Origin: Ranitomeya imitator | Lineage: Eukaryota | Assembly: GCF_032444005.1 (NCBI RefSeq) | Contig: NC_091288.1 | Coordinates: forward strand, 225,308,001-225,372,000 | Length of the DNA: 64,000 bases | Direction: 5' to 3' | The notes under the pieces: generated by a model | The model's database searches: none | Told to the model about the DNA's origin: nothing | Seen by the model: the letters and a program-made list of their open reading frames with translations, nothing else | Translations under genes and position numbers: made by a program | Shown: one piece after another, positions 1 through 11,148 of the stretch | Layout: the number at the start of each line of letters is the position of its first letter | How positions within the stretch are numbered: position 1 is the stretch's first letter

Positions 1-3000
1 CTGAGCGTGCGGAGCGTGCCGAGTGTGCGGAGTGTGCTGAGCGTGCGGAGCCTGCCGAGTGTGCGGAGTCTACTGAGCGTGCGGAGCCTGCCGAGTGTGC
101 CGAGCGTGCGGAGCCTGCCGAGTGTGCTGAGCGTGCGGAGCCTCAGCCTGCTGAGTGTGCGGAGCGTGCCGAGTGTGCTGAGCGTGCGGAGCCTCAGCCT
201 GCCGAGCGTGCCGAGTGTGCGGAGCGTGCCGAGTGTGCTGTGTGCGGAGCGTGCCGAGTGTGCTGAGCGTGCGGAGCCTGCTGAGTGTGCTGTGTGCGGA
301 GCGTGCCGAGTGTGCGGAGCCTGCTGAGCGTGTGGAGCCTGCCGAGTGTGCTGAGCGTGCGGAGCCTCAGCCTGCCGAGTGTGCTGAGCGTGCGGAGCCT
401 GCCGAGTGTGCGGAGCGTGCCGAGTGTGCTGTGTGCGGAGCGTGCTGTGTGCGGAGCCTGCCGAGTGTGCTGAGGGTGCGGAGCCTGCCGAGTGTGCTGT
501 GTGCGGAGCCTGCCGAGTGTGCTGAGCGTGCGGAGCCTGCCGAGTGTGCTGAGCGTGCGGAACCTGCCGAGTGTGCTGAGCGTGCGGAGCCTCAGCCTGC
601 CGAGTGTGCGGAGTGTGCTGAGCGTGCGGAGCCTGCCGAGCGTGCGGAGCGTGCCGAGCCTGCCGAGTGTGCGGAGCGCGCGGAACCTGCCGAGTGTGCT
701 GAGCGTGCGGAGCCTCAGCCTGCCGAGTGTGCTGAGCGTGCGGAACCTGCCGAGTGTGCTGAGCGTGCGGAGCCTCAGCCTGCCGAGTGTGCTGAGCGTG
801 CCGAGTGTGCGGAGCGTGCCGAGTGTGCTGAGCGTGCGGAACCTGCCGAGTGTGCTGAGCGTGCGGAACCTGCCGAGTGTGCTGAGCGTGCGGAACCTGC
901 TGAGTGTGCTGAGCGTGCGGAGCCTCAGCCTGTCGAGTGTGCTGAGCGTGCCGAGTGTGCGGAGCGTGCCGAGTGTGCTGAGCGTGCGGAGCCTGCCGAG
1001 CGTGCGGAGCCTGCCGAGTGTGCTGAGCGTGCGGAGCCTGCCAAGCGTGCGGAGCCTGCCGAGTGTGCTGAGCGTGCGGAGCCTGCCGAGTGTGCTGAGC
1101 GTGCAGAGCCTGCCGAGTGTGCGGAGCGTGCAGAGCCTGCCGAGTGAGCTGAGCGTGCGGAGCTTGCCGAGTGTGCAGAGCGTGCGGAACCTGCCGAGTG
1201 TGCTGAGCGTGCGGAGCCTCAGCCTGCCGAGTGTGCTGAGCGTGCAGAACCTGCCGAATGTGCTGAGCGTGCGGAGCCTCAGCCTGCCGAGTGTGCTGAG
1301 CGTGCGGAGCGTGCCGAGTGTGCGGAGCGTGCGGAACCTGCCGAGTGTGCTGAGCGTGCGGAACCTGCCGAGTGTGCTGAGCGTGCGGAACCTGCCGAGT
1401 GTGCTGAGCGTGCGGAGCCTCAGCCTGCTGAGTGTGTTGAGCGTGCGGAGCGTGCCGAGTGTGCGGAGTGTGCTGAGCGTGCGGAGCCTGCCGAGTGTGC
1501 GGAGTCTACTGAGCGTGCGGAGCCTGCCGAGTGTGCCGAGCGTGCGGAGCCTGCCGAGTGTGCTGAGCGTGCGGAGCCTCAGCCTGCTGAGTGTGCGGAG
1601 CGTGCGGAGCGTGCCGAGTGTGCTGAGCGTGCGGAGCCTCAGCCTGCCGAGCGTGCCGAGTGTGCGGAGCGTGCCGAGTGTGCTGTGTGCGGAGCGTGCC
1701 GAGTGTGCTGAGCGTGCGGAGCCTGCTGAGTGTGCTGTGTGCGGAGCGTGCCGAGTGTGCGGAGCCTGCTGAGCGTGTGGAGCCTGCCGAGTGTGCTGAG
1801 CGTGCGGAGCCTCAGCCTGCCGAGTGTGCTGAGCGTGCGGAGCCTGCCGAGTGTGCGGAGCGTGCCGAGTGTGCTGTGTGCGGAGCGTGCTGTGTGCGGA
1901 GCCTGCCGAGTGTGCTGAGGGTGCGGAGCCTGCCGAGTGTGCTGTGTGCGGAGCCTGCCGAGTGTGCTGAGCGTGCGGAGCCTGCCGAGTGTGCTGAGCG
2001 TGCGGAACCTGCCGAGTGTGCTGAGCGTGCGGAGCCTCAGCCTGCCGAGTGTGCTGAGCGTGCGGAGCCTGCCGAGCGTGCGGAGCCTGCCGAGTGTGCG
2101 GAGCCTGCCGAGTGTGCTGAGCGTGCAGAGCCTGCCGAGTGTGCGGAGCGTGCCGAGCCTGCCGAGTGTGCTGAGCGTGCGGAGCCTGCCGAGTGTGCGG
2201 AGCGCGCGGAACCTGCCGAGTGTGCTGAGCGTGCGGAGCCTCAGCCTGCCGAGTGTGTTGAGCGTGCGGAGCCTCAGCCTGCCGAGTGTGCTGAGCGTGC
2301 CGAGTGTGCGGAGCGTGCCGAGTGTGCTGAGCGTGCGGAACCTGCCGAGTGTGCTGAGCGTGCGGAACCTGCCGAGTGTGCTGAGCGTGCGGAACCTGCC
2401 GAGTGTGCTGAGCGTGCGGAACCTGCTGAGTGTGCTGAGCGTGCGGAGCCTCAGCCTGCCGAGTGTGCTGAGCGTGCTGAGTGTGCGGAGCGTGCCGAGT
2501 GTGCTGAGCGTGCGGAGCCTGCCGAGCGTGCCGAGTGTGCTGAGCGTGCGGAGCCTGCCGAGCGTGCGGAGCCTGCCGAGTGTGCTGGGCGTGCGGAGCC
2601 TGCCGAGTGTGCTGAGCGTGCAGAGCCTGCCGAGTGTGCGGAGCATGCGGAGCCTGCCGAGTGAGCTGAGCGTGCGGAGCTTGCCGAGTGTGCAGAGCGT
2701 GCGGAACCTGCCGAGTGTGCTGAGCGTGCGGAGCCTCAGCCTGCCGAGTGTGCTGAGCGTGCGGAACCTGCCGAGTGTGCTGAGCGTGCGGAGCCTCAGC
2801 CTGCCGAGTGTGCTGAGCGTGCGGAGCGTGCCGAGTGTGCTGAGCGTGCGGAACCTGCCGAGTGTGGTGAGCGTGCGGAACCTGCCGAGTGTGCTGAGCT
2901 TGCGGAACCTGCCGAGTGTGCTGAGCGTGCGGAGCCTCAGCCTGCCGAGTGTGCTGAGCGTGCGGAGCGTGCCGAGTGTGCTGAGCGTGCGGAGCGTGCC

Positions 3001-6000
3001 GAGTGTGCTGAGCGTGCGGAGCCTGCCGACCGTGCGGAGCCTGCCGAGTGTGCTGAGCGTGCGGAGCCTGCCGAGTGTGCGGAGCGTGCCGAGCGTGCGG
3101 AGCCTGCCGAGTGTGCTGAGCGTGCGGAGCCTGCCGAGTGTGCGGAGCGTGCCGAGCGTGCGGAGCCTGCCGAGTGTGCTAAGTGTGCGGAGCCTGCCGA
3201 GTGTGCGGAGCCTGCCGAGTGTGCGGAGCATGCCGAGTGTGCGGAGCCTGCCGAGTGTGCTGAGCGTGCGGAGCCTGCCGAGCGTGCGGAGCCTGCCGAG
3301 TGTGCTGAGCGTGCGGAGCCTGCCGAGTGTGCGGAGCCTGCCGAGTGTGCTGAGCGTGCGGAGCCTGCCGAGCGTGCGGAGCCTGCCGAGTGTGCTGAGC
3401 GTGCGGAGCCTGCCGAGTGTGCTGAGCGTGCCGAGCGTGCGGAGCCTGCCGAGTGTGCTGAGCGTGCGGAGCCTGCCGAGTGTGCGGAGCCTGCTGAGCG
3501 TGCCGAGCGTGCGGAGCCTGCCGAGTGTGCCGAGCGTGCGGAGCCTGCCGAGTGTGCTGAGCGTGCGGAGCCTGCTGAGCGTGCCGAGCATGCGGAGTCT
3601 GCCGAGTGTGCTAAGCGTGCGGAGCCTGCCGAGTGTGCTGAGCGTGCAGAGCCTGCTGAGTGTGCCGAGCGTGCCGAGTGTGCTGAGCGTGCGGAGCCTT
3701 CCGAGTGTGCTGAGCGTGCGGAACCTGCCGAGTGTGCTGAGCGTGCGGAGCCTGCCGTGTATGCTGAGCGTGCGGAGCCTGCCGAGCGTGCGGAGCCTGC
3801 CGAATGTGCCGAGTGTGTGGAGCCTGCCGAATGTGCCGAGCATGCGGAGCCTGCCGAGCGTGCGGAGCCTGCCGAGTGTGCTGAGCGTGCAGAGCCTGCC
3901 AAGCGTGCGGAGCCTGCCGAGCGTGCGGAGCCTGCCGAGTGTGCTGAGCGTGTGGATCCTGCCGAGTGTGCTGAGCGTGCGGAGACTGCCGAGTGTGCTG
4001 AGCGTGCGGAGCCTGCCGAGCGTGCGGAGCCTGCCGAGTGTGCTGAGCATGCCGAGTGTGCGGAGCCTGCCAAGCGTGCGGAGCCTGCCGAGTGTGCTGA
4101 GCGTGCGGAGCCTGCCGAGTGTGCTGAGCGTGCGCAGCCTGCCGAGTGTGCTGAGCGTGCGGAGCCTGCCGAGCGTGCGGAGCCTGCCGAGTGTGCTGAG
4201 CGTGCGGAGCCTGCCGAGTGTGCTGAGCGTGCAGAGCCTGCCGAGTGTGCGGAGCGTGCGGAGCCTGCCGAGTGAGCTGAGCGTGCGGAGCTTGCCGAGT
4301 GTGCAGAGCGTGCGGAACCTGCCGAGTGTGCTGAGCGTGCGGAGCCTCAGCCTGCCGAGTGTGCTAAGCGTGCGGAACCTGCCGAGTGTGCTGAGCGTGC
4401 GGAGCCTCAGCCTGCCGAGTGTGCTGAGCGTGCGGAGCGTGCCGAGTGTGCGGAGCGTGCCGAGTGTGCTGAGCGTGCGGAACCTGCCGAGTGTGCTGAG
4501 CGTGCGGAACCTGCCGAGTGTGCTGAGCGTGCGGAACCTGCCGAGTGTGCTGAGCGTGCGGAGCCTCAGCCTGCCGAGTGTGCTGAGCGTGCGGAGCGTG
4601 CCGAGTGTGCGGAGTGTGCTGAGCGTGCGGAGCGTGCCGAGTGTGCTGAGCGTGCGGAGCCTGCCGACCGTGCGGAGCCTGCCGAGTGTGCTGAGCGTGC
4701 GGAGCCTGCCGAGTGTGCGGAGCGTGCCGAGCGTGCGGAGCCTGCCGAGTGTGCTGAGCGTGCGGAGCCTGCCGAGTGTGCGGAGCGTGCCGAGCGTGCG
4801 GAGCCTGCCGAGTGTGCTGAGTGTGCGGAGCCTGCCGAGTGTGCGGAGCCTGCCGAGTGTGCGGAGCATGCCGAGTGTGCGGAGCCTGCCGAGTGTGCTG
4901 AGCGTGCAGAGCCTGCCGAGCGTGCGGAGCCTGCCGAGTGTGCTGAGCGTGCGGAGCCTGCCGAGTGTGCGGAGCCTGCCGAGTGTGCTGAGCGTGCGGA
5001 GCCTGCCGAGCGTGCGGGGCCTGCTGAATGTGCTGAGCGTGCGGAGCCTGCCGAGTGTGCTGAGCGTGCCGAGCGTGCCGAGCCTGCCGAGTGTGCTGAG
5101 CGTGCGGAGCCTGCCGAGTGTGCGGAGCCTGCTGAGTGTGCCGAGCGTGCGGAGCCTGCCGAGTGTGCCGAGCGTGCGGAGCCTGCCGAGTGTGCTGAGC
5201 GTGCGGAGCCTGCTGAGCGTGCCGAGCATGCGGAGTCTGCCGAGTGTGCTAAGCGTGCGGAGCCTGCCGAGTGTGCTGAGCGTGCAGAGCCTGCTGAGTG
5301 TGCCGAGCGTGCCGAGTGTGCTGAGCGTGCGGAGCCTGCCGAGTGTGCTGAGCGTGCGGAACCTGCCGAGTGTGCTGAGCGTGCGGAGCCTGCCGAGTAT
5401 GCTGAGTGTGCTGAGCGTGCGGAGCCTGCCGAGCGTGCGGAGCCTGCCGAATGTGCCGAGTGTGTGGAGCCTGCCGAATGTGCCGAGCATGCGGAGCCTG
5501 CCGAGCGTGCGGAGCCTGCCGAGTGTGCTGAGCGTGCAGAGCCTGCCAAGCGTGCGGAGACTGCCGAGCGTGCGGAGCCTGCCGAGTGTGCTGAGCGTGT
5601 GGAGCCTGCCGAGTGTGCTGAGCGTGCGGAGACTGCCGAGTGTGCTGAGCGTGCGGAGCCTGCCGAGCGTGCGGAGCCTGCCGAGTGTGCTGAGCATGCC
5701 GAGTGTGCGGAGCCTGCCGAGCGTGCGGAGCCTGCCGAGTGTGCGGAGCCTGCCGAGTGTGCTGAGCGTGCGCAGCCTGCCGAGTGTGCTGAGCGTGCGG
5801 AGCCTGCCGAGTGTGCTGTGTGCGGGGCGTGCTGTGTGCGGAGCCTGCCGAGTGTGCTGAGTGTGCCGAGCCTGCCGAGTGTGCTGAGCGTGCGGAGCCT
5901 GCCGAGCGTGCGGAGCCTGCTGAGTGTGCTGAGCGTGCGGAGCCTGCCGAGTGTGCTGAGCGTGCGGAGCCTGCTGAGTGTGCTGAGCGTGCGGAGCCTG

Positions 6001-6069
6001 CCAAGCGTGTGGAGCCTGCCGAGTGTGCTGAGCGTGCGGAGGCTGCCGAGTGTGCTGAGCGTGCCGAGC
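1..6069. repeat. GC-rich satellite built from 9-bp monomers (gagcgtgcg / gagcctgcc / gagtgtgct) with ~1.4-1.6 kb higher-order duplications; runs off the left edge
   Basis: Uninterrupted variant 9-mers. Rare landmark variants recur, e.g. gagtgagctgagcgtgcggagcttgcc at 1142, 2659 and 4270. Confidence 0.97.
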
Positions 6070-6884
6070 TGTTGTGAATTCTGTGGAAGAGCTCCCTCCT
6101 GTGGTCACAAGTGGTACTTCGGCTGATTCTCTCTGTGAGCTTCCGTTGGTGGAGGAAAGTGGTACTGCGGCTTCTGAGTTTCCTTCCTCAGGTGATGTGG
6201 TGAAGTCGTTAGGTGCTGCTCTATTTAACTCCACCTAGTGCTTTGATCCTGGCCTCCAGTCAATGTTCTAGTATAGGACTTGTTTCCTCCTGGATCGTTC
6301 CTGTGGCCTGCTGCTCTGCATAGCTAAGTTGCTCTTGTGTTATTTTTGTTTGCTGTTTTTTCTGTCCAGCTTGTTTATTTGGTTTTTCTTGCTTGCTGGA
6401 AGCTCTGGGACGCAGAGGGTGTACCTCCGTGCCGTTAGTTCGGTACGGAGGGTCTTTTTGCCCCCTTTGCGTGGTTGTTTGTAGGGTTTTGTGTTGACCG
6501 CAAAGTTACCTTTCCTATCCTCGCTCTGTTCAGAAAGTCGGGCCTCACTTTGCTAAATCTATTTCATCTCTACGTTTGTCTTTTCATCTTAACTCACAGT
6601 CATTATATGTGGGGGCTGCCTTTTCCTTTGGGGTATTTCTCTGAGGCAAGGTAGGCTTATTTTCTATCTTCAGGCTAGTTAGTTTCTCAGGCTGTGCCGA
6701 GTTGCATAGGCAGAGTTAGGCGCAATCCACGGCTGCCTTTAGTGTTGTTGGAGAGGATTAGGGATTGCGGTCAGCAGAGTTCCCACGTCTCAGAGCTCGT
6801 TCTATGATTTTGGGTTATTGTCAGGTCACTGTATGTGCTCTGACCTCTATGTCCATTGTGGAACTGAATTACCTTATCATAACA
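6070..6884 (+). repeat. 5' LTR of chromovirus copy 1 (815 bp)
   Basis: Starts tgttgtgaattc and ends tcataaca; near-identical to 11082-11892, 15787-16596 and 20789-21597. Confidence 0.95.
6222..6228 (+). promoter_or_regulatory. LTR TATA-like box (TATTTAA)
   Basis: Present in all four LTRs; 28 nt upstream of the 11-mer complementary to the PBS. Confidence 0.6.
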
Positions 6885-6886
6885 GT

Positions 6887-6897
6887 ACTGGAAGCCA
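6887..6897 (+). other. Primer-binding site of copy 1 (probable self-priming type)
   Basis: actggaagcca starts 2 nt after the LTR end; 10/11 complementary to tggcctccagt at 6250-6260. Confidence 0.7.
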
Positions 6898-7020
6898 AAG
6901 TGCTAATGATTCTCAATAGAGGGAAAAAAGAAGTTCTGAGACCATTTTTTTTTCTCTGCACTGTGTTTTGCCTTTTTTTTTCCCCTAGACATTTGGGTGG
7001 TTCAGTACACAGGTGTAGCG

Positions 7021-10000
7021 ATGGACATTAAAGGTCTGTCTTCATGTGTGGATCAGCTCACGGCAAGAGTACAAAATATTCAAGACTTTGTGGTTCAGAA
7101 TTCTATGTTAGAACCAAGAATTCCTATCCCTGATTTGTTTTTTGGAGATAGAACTAAATTTCAGAGTTTCAAAAATAATTGTAAACTATTTCTGGCTTTG
7201 AAACCTCGCTCCTCTGGTGACCCAGTTCAACAGGTTAGGATCGTTATTTCTTTTTTACGTGGCGACCCTCAGAACTGGGCATTTTCTCTTGCGTCAGGAG
7301 ATCCTGCATTAAGTAATATCGATCCGTTTTTTCTGGCGCTCGGATTGCTGTACGATGAACCTAATTCAGTGGATCAGACAGAAAAAAATTTACTGACTCT
7401 GTGTCAGGGTCAGGATGAGATAGAGGTATATTGTCAGAAATTTAGAAAGTGGTCCGTGCTCACTCAGTGGAATGAAGGTGCGCTCGCAGCTATTTTCAGA
7501 AAGGGTCTCTCTGAAGCCCTTAAGGATGTCATGGTGGGATTTCCTATGCCTGCTGGTCTGAATGAGTCTATGTCTTTGGCCATTCAGATCGGTCGACGCT
7601 TGCGCGAGCGTACATCTGTGCACCATTTGGCGGTATTATCTGAGCATAAACCTGAGCCTATGCAGTGTGATAGGACTTTGACCAGAGTTGAACGGCAAGA
7701 ACACAGACGTCAGAATGGGCTGTGTTTCTACTGTGGTGATTCCACTCATGCTATCTCTGATTGTCCTAAGCGCACTAAGCGGTTCGCTAGGTCTGCCACC
7801 ATTGGTACGGTACAGTCAAAATTTCTTTTGTCCGTTACCTTGATCTGCTCTTTGTCATCCTATTCTGTCATGGCGTTTGTGGATTCAGGCGCTGCTCTGA
7901 ATTTGATGGACTTGGAATATGTTAAGCGTTGTGGGTTTTTCTTGGAGCCCTTGCAGTGTCCTATTCCATTGAGAGGAATTGATGCTACGCCTTTGGCCAA
8001 GAATAAGCCTCAGTACTGGACCCAGCTGACCATGTGCATGGCTCCTGCACATCAGGAGGTTATTCGCTTTCTGGTGTTGCATAATCTGCATGATGTGGTC
8101 GTGTTGGGGTTGCCATGGCTACAAGTCCATAATCCAGTATTAGATTGGAAATCCATGTCTGTGTCCAGCTGGGGTTGTCAGGGGGTACATGGTGATGTCC
8201 CATTTCTGTTTATTTCGTCATCCACCCCTTCTGAGGTCCCAGAATTCTTGTCTGATTACCGGGATGTATTTGATGAGCCCAAGTCCGATACCCTACCTCC
8301 GCATAGGGATTGTGATTGTGCTATCGATTTGATTCCTGGTAGTAAATTCCCAAAAGGTCGACTGTTTAATTTATCTGTACCTGAGCACGCCTCTATGCGC
8401 AGTTATGTGAAGGAGTCCTTGGAGAAGGGGCATATTCGCCCGTCGTCATCACCATTAGGAGCAGGGTTCTTTTTTGTAGCCAAGAAGGATGGTTCGCTGA
8501 GACCTTGTATAGATTACCGCCTTCTTAATAAGATCACTGTTAAATTTCAGTACCCCTTGCCATTGTTATCTGATTTGTTTGCTCGGATTAAGGGGGCTAG
8601 TTGGTTCACCAAGATAGATCTTCGTGGTTCGTATAATCTTGTGCGTATTAAACAGGGCGATGAATGGAAAACTGCATTTAATACGCCCGAGGGTCATTTT
8701 GAGTATCTAGTAATGCCATTCGGACTTGCCAATGCTCCATCAGTGTTTCAGTCCTTTATGCATGACATCTTCCGAGAGTACCTGGATAAATTCCTGATTG
8801 TATACTTGGATGATATTTTGATCTTTTCGGATGATTGGGAGTCTCATGTGAAGCAGGTCAGAACGGTGTTCCAGGTCCTGCGTGCTAATTCTTTGTTTGT
8901 GAAGGGATCAAAGTGTCTCTTTGGTGTTCAGAAGGTTTCATTTTTGGGGTTCATTTTTTCCCCTTCTACTATCGAGATGGACCCTGTTAAGGTCCAGGCC
9001 ATCCATGATTGGACTCAGCCGACATCTCTGAAAAGTCTGCAAAAGTTCCTGGGCTTTGCTAATTTTTATCGTCGCTTCATCTGCAATTTTTCTAGTATTG
9101 CTAAACCATTGACCGGTTTGACCAAGAAGGGTGCTGATGTGGTCAGTTGGTCTTCTGCTGCTGTGGAAGCTTTTCAAGAGTTGAAGCGTCGTTTTTCTTC
9201 TGCCCCTGTGTTGTGTCAGCCAGATGTTTCGCTTCCGTTCCAGGTCGAGGTTGATGCTTCTGAGATTGGAGCGGGGGCTGTTTTGTCGCAGAGAAGTTCT
9301 GATTGCTCGGTGATGAAACCATGCACCTTCTTTTCCAGGAAGTTTTCGCCTGCTGAGCGAAATTATGATGTTGGCAATCGAGAGTTGCTGGCCATGAAGT
9401 GGGCATTCGAGGAGTGGCGTCATTGGCTTGAGGGAGCTAAGCATCGCGTGGTGGTCTTGACTGATCATAAGAACTTGACTTATCTCGAGTCTGCCAAGCG
9501 GTTGAATCCTAGACAGGCTCGTTGGTCGCTGTTTTTTGCCCGTTTTGACTTTGTGATTTCGTACCTTCCGGGCTCTAAAAATGTGAAGGCGGATGCCCTG
9601 TCTAGGAGTTTTGTGCCCGACTCTCCGGGTTTGTCTGAGCCGGCGGGTATTCTCAAAGAGGGAGTAATTGTGTCTGCCATCTCCCCTGATTTGCGGCGGG
9701 TGCTGCAAAAATTTCAGGCTAATAAACCTGATCGTTGCCCAGCGGAGAAACTGTTTGTCCCTGATAGGTGGACGAATAAAGTTATCTCTGAGGTTCATTG
9801 TTCGGAGTTGGCTGGTCATCCTGGAATCTTTGGTACCAGAGAGTTAGTGGCTAGATCCTTTTGGTGGCCATCTCTGTCGCGGGATGTGCGTTCTTTTGTG
9901 CAGTCCTGTGGGATTTGTGCTCGGGCTAAGCCCTGCTGTTCTCGTGCCAGTGGGTTGCTTTTGCCCTTGCCGGTCCCGAAGAGGCCTTGGACACACATCT

Positions 10001-11148
10001 CTATGGATTTTATTTCAGATCTTCCCGTCTCTCAAAAAATGTCAGTCATTTGGGTAGTTTGTGATCGCTTCTCTAAGATGGTCCATTTGGTACCCTTGTC
10101 TAAATTACCTTCCTCCTCTGATTTTGTGCCATTGTTCTTCCAGCATGTGGTTCGTTTACATGGCATTCCAGAGAATATCGTTTCTGACAGAGGTTCCCAG
10201 TTTGTTTCGAGGTTTTGGCGAGCCTTTTGTGCTAGGATGGGCATTGATTTGTCTTTTTCCTCGGCTTTCCATCCTCAGACTAATGGCCAGACCGAACGAA
10301 CCAATCAGTCCTTGGAAACATATCTGAGATACTTTGTTTCTGCTGATCAGGATGACTGGGTGTCCTTTTTGCCTTTGGCTGAGTTCGCCCTTAATAATCG
10401 GGCCAGCTCGGCTACCTTGGTTTCGCCGTTTTTCTGCAACTCTGGGTTCCATCCTCGTTTCTCTTCAGGGCAGGTTGAGTCTTCGGACTGTCCTGGTGTG
10501 GATACTGTGGTGGACAGGTTGCAGCAGATTTGGACTCATGTAGTGGACAATTTGACCTTGTCCCAGGAGAAGGCTCAACGTTTTGCTAATCGCAGACGCT
10601 GTGTGGGTCCCCGACTTCATGTTGGGGATTTGGTTTGGTTGTCTTCTCGTCATATTCCTATGAAGGTTTCCTCTCCTAAGTTTAAACCTCGTTTTATTGG
10701 TCCGTATAGGATTTCTGAGGTTCTTAATCCTGTGTCTTTTCGTTTGACCCTTCCAGATTCTTTTTCCATCCATAACGTATTCCATAGGTCGTTGTTGCGG
10801 AGATACGTGGCACCTATGGTTCCATCTGTTGATCTTCCTGCCCCGGTTTTGGTGGAAGGGGAGTTGGAGTATATTGTGGAGAAGATTTTGGATTCTCGTG
10901 TTTCAAGACGGAAACTCCAGTATCTGGTTAAGTGGAAGGGTTATGCTCAGGAAGATAATTCCTGGGTCTTTGCCTCTGATGTCCATGCTCCTGATCTTGT
11001 TCGTGCCTTTCATATGGCTCATCCTGGTCGTCCTGGGGGCTCTGGTGAGGGTTCGGTGACCCCTCCTCAAGGGGGGGCTACTGTTGTGAATTCTGTGGCA
11101 GAGCTCCCTCCTGTGGTCACAAGTGGTACTTCGGCTGATTCTCTCTGA
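7021..11148 (+). CDS. Chromovirus Gag-Pol polyprotein (gag, CCHC knuckle, aspartic protease, RT, RNase H, integrase, chromodomain)
   Basis: First ATG at 7021 of ORF 6997-11148. Motifs: CFYCGDSTHAISDC, FVDSGA, LRPCIDYR, YLDD, VEVDASEIGAG, H-x-H/C-x2-C integrase zinc finger, ISMDF...SDRGSQF...TNGQTER, and EYIVEKILDSR...YLVKWKGY...NSW chromodomain. No stops or frameshifts. Confidence 0.96.
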   Translation: MDIKGLSSCVDQLTARVQNIQDFVVQNSMLEPRIPIPDLFFGDRTKFQSFKNNCKLFLALKPRSSGDPVQQVRIVISFLRGDPQNWAFSLASGDPALSNIDPFFLALGLLYDEPNSVDQTEKNLLTLCQGQDEIEVYCQKFRKWSVLTQWNEGALAAIFRKGLSEALKDVMVGFPMPAGLNESMSLAIQIGRRLRERTSVHHLAVLSEHKPEPMQCDRTLTRVERQEHRRQNGLCFYCGDSTHAISDCPKRTKRFARSATIGTVQSKFLLSVTLICSLSSYSVMAFVDSGAALNLMDLEYVKRCGFFLEPLQCPIPLRGIDATPLAKNKPQYWTQLTMCMAPAHQEVIRFLVLHNLHDVVVLGLPWLQVHNPVLDWKSMSVSSWGCQGVHGDVPFLFISSSTPSEVPEFLSDYRDVFDEPKSDTLPPHRDCDCAIDLIPGSKFPKGRLFNLSVPEHASMRSYVKESLEKGHIRPSSSPLGAGFFFVAKKDGSLRPCIDYRLLNKITVKFQYPLPLLSDLFARIKGASWFTKIDLRGSYNLVRIKQGDEWKTAFNTPEGHFEYLVMPFGLANAPSVFQSFMHDIFREYLDKFLIVYLDDILIFSDDWESHVKQVRTVFQVLRANSLFVKGSKCLFGVQKVSFLGFIFSPSTIEMDPVKVQAIHDWTQPTSLKSLQKFLGFANFYRRFICNFSSIAKPLTGLTKKGADVVSWSSAAVEAFQELKRRFSSAPVLCQPDVSLPFQVEVDASEIGAGAVLSQRSSDCSVMKPCTFFSRKFSPAERNYDVGNRELLAMKWAFEEWRHWLEGAKHRVVVLTDHKNLTYLESAKRLNPRQARWSLFFARFDFVISYLPGSKNVKADALSRSFVPDSPGLSEPAGILKEGVIVSAISPDLRRVLQKFQANKPDRCPAEKLFVPDRWTNKVISEVHCSELAGHPGIFGTRELVARSFWWPSLSRDVRSFVQSCGICARAKPCCSRASGLLLPLPVPKRPWTHISMDFISDLPVSQKMSVIWVVCDRFSKMVHLVPLSKLPSSSDFVPLFFQHVVRLHGIPENIVSDRGSQFVSRFWRAFCARMGIDLSFSSAFHPQTNGQTERTNQSLETYLRYFVSADQDDWVSFLPLAEFALNNRASSATLVSPFFCNSGFHPRFSSGQVESSDCPGVDTVVDRLQQIWTHVVDNLTLSQEKAQRFANRRRCVGPRLHVGDLVWLSSRHIPMKVSSPKFKPRFIGPYRISEVLNPVSFRLTLPDSFSIHNVFHRSLLRRYVAPMVPSVDLPAPVLVEGELEYIVEKILDSRVSRRKLQYLVKWKGYAQEDNSWVFASDVHAPDLVRAFHMAHPGRPGGSGEGSVTPPQGGATVVNSVAELPPVVTSGTSADSL
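11069..11077 (+). other. Polypurine tract of copy 1
   Basis: aaggggggg just upstream of the 3' LTR; the equivalent tract in copy 2 is at 20776-20785. Confidence 0.85.

Noticed and set aside
7-6234. Very long ORFs (up to 1531 aa) such as AECAERAEP / SVRSLPSV / TLGRLR
   Set aside because: They are products of a 9-bp monomer that is open in several frames on both strands. There is no unique domain or splice context, and the array is split by a retrotransposon.
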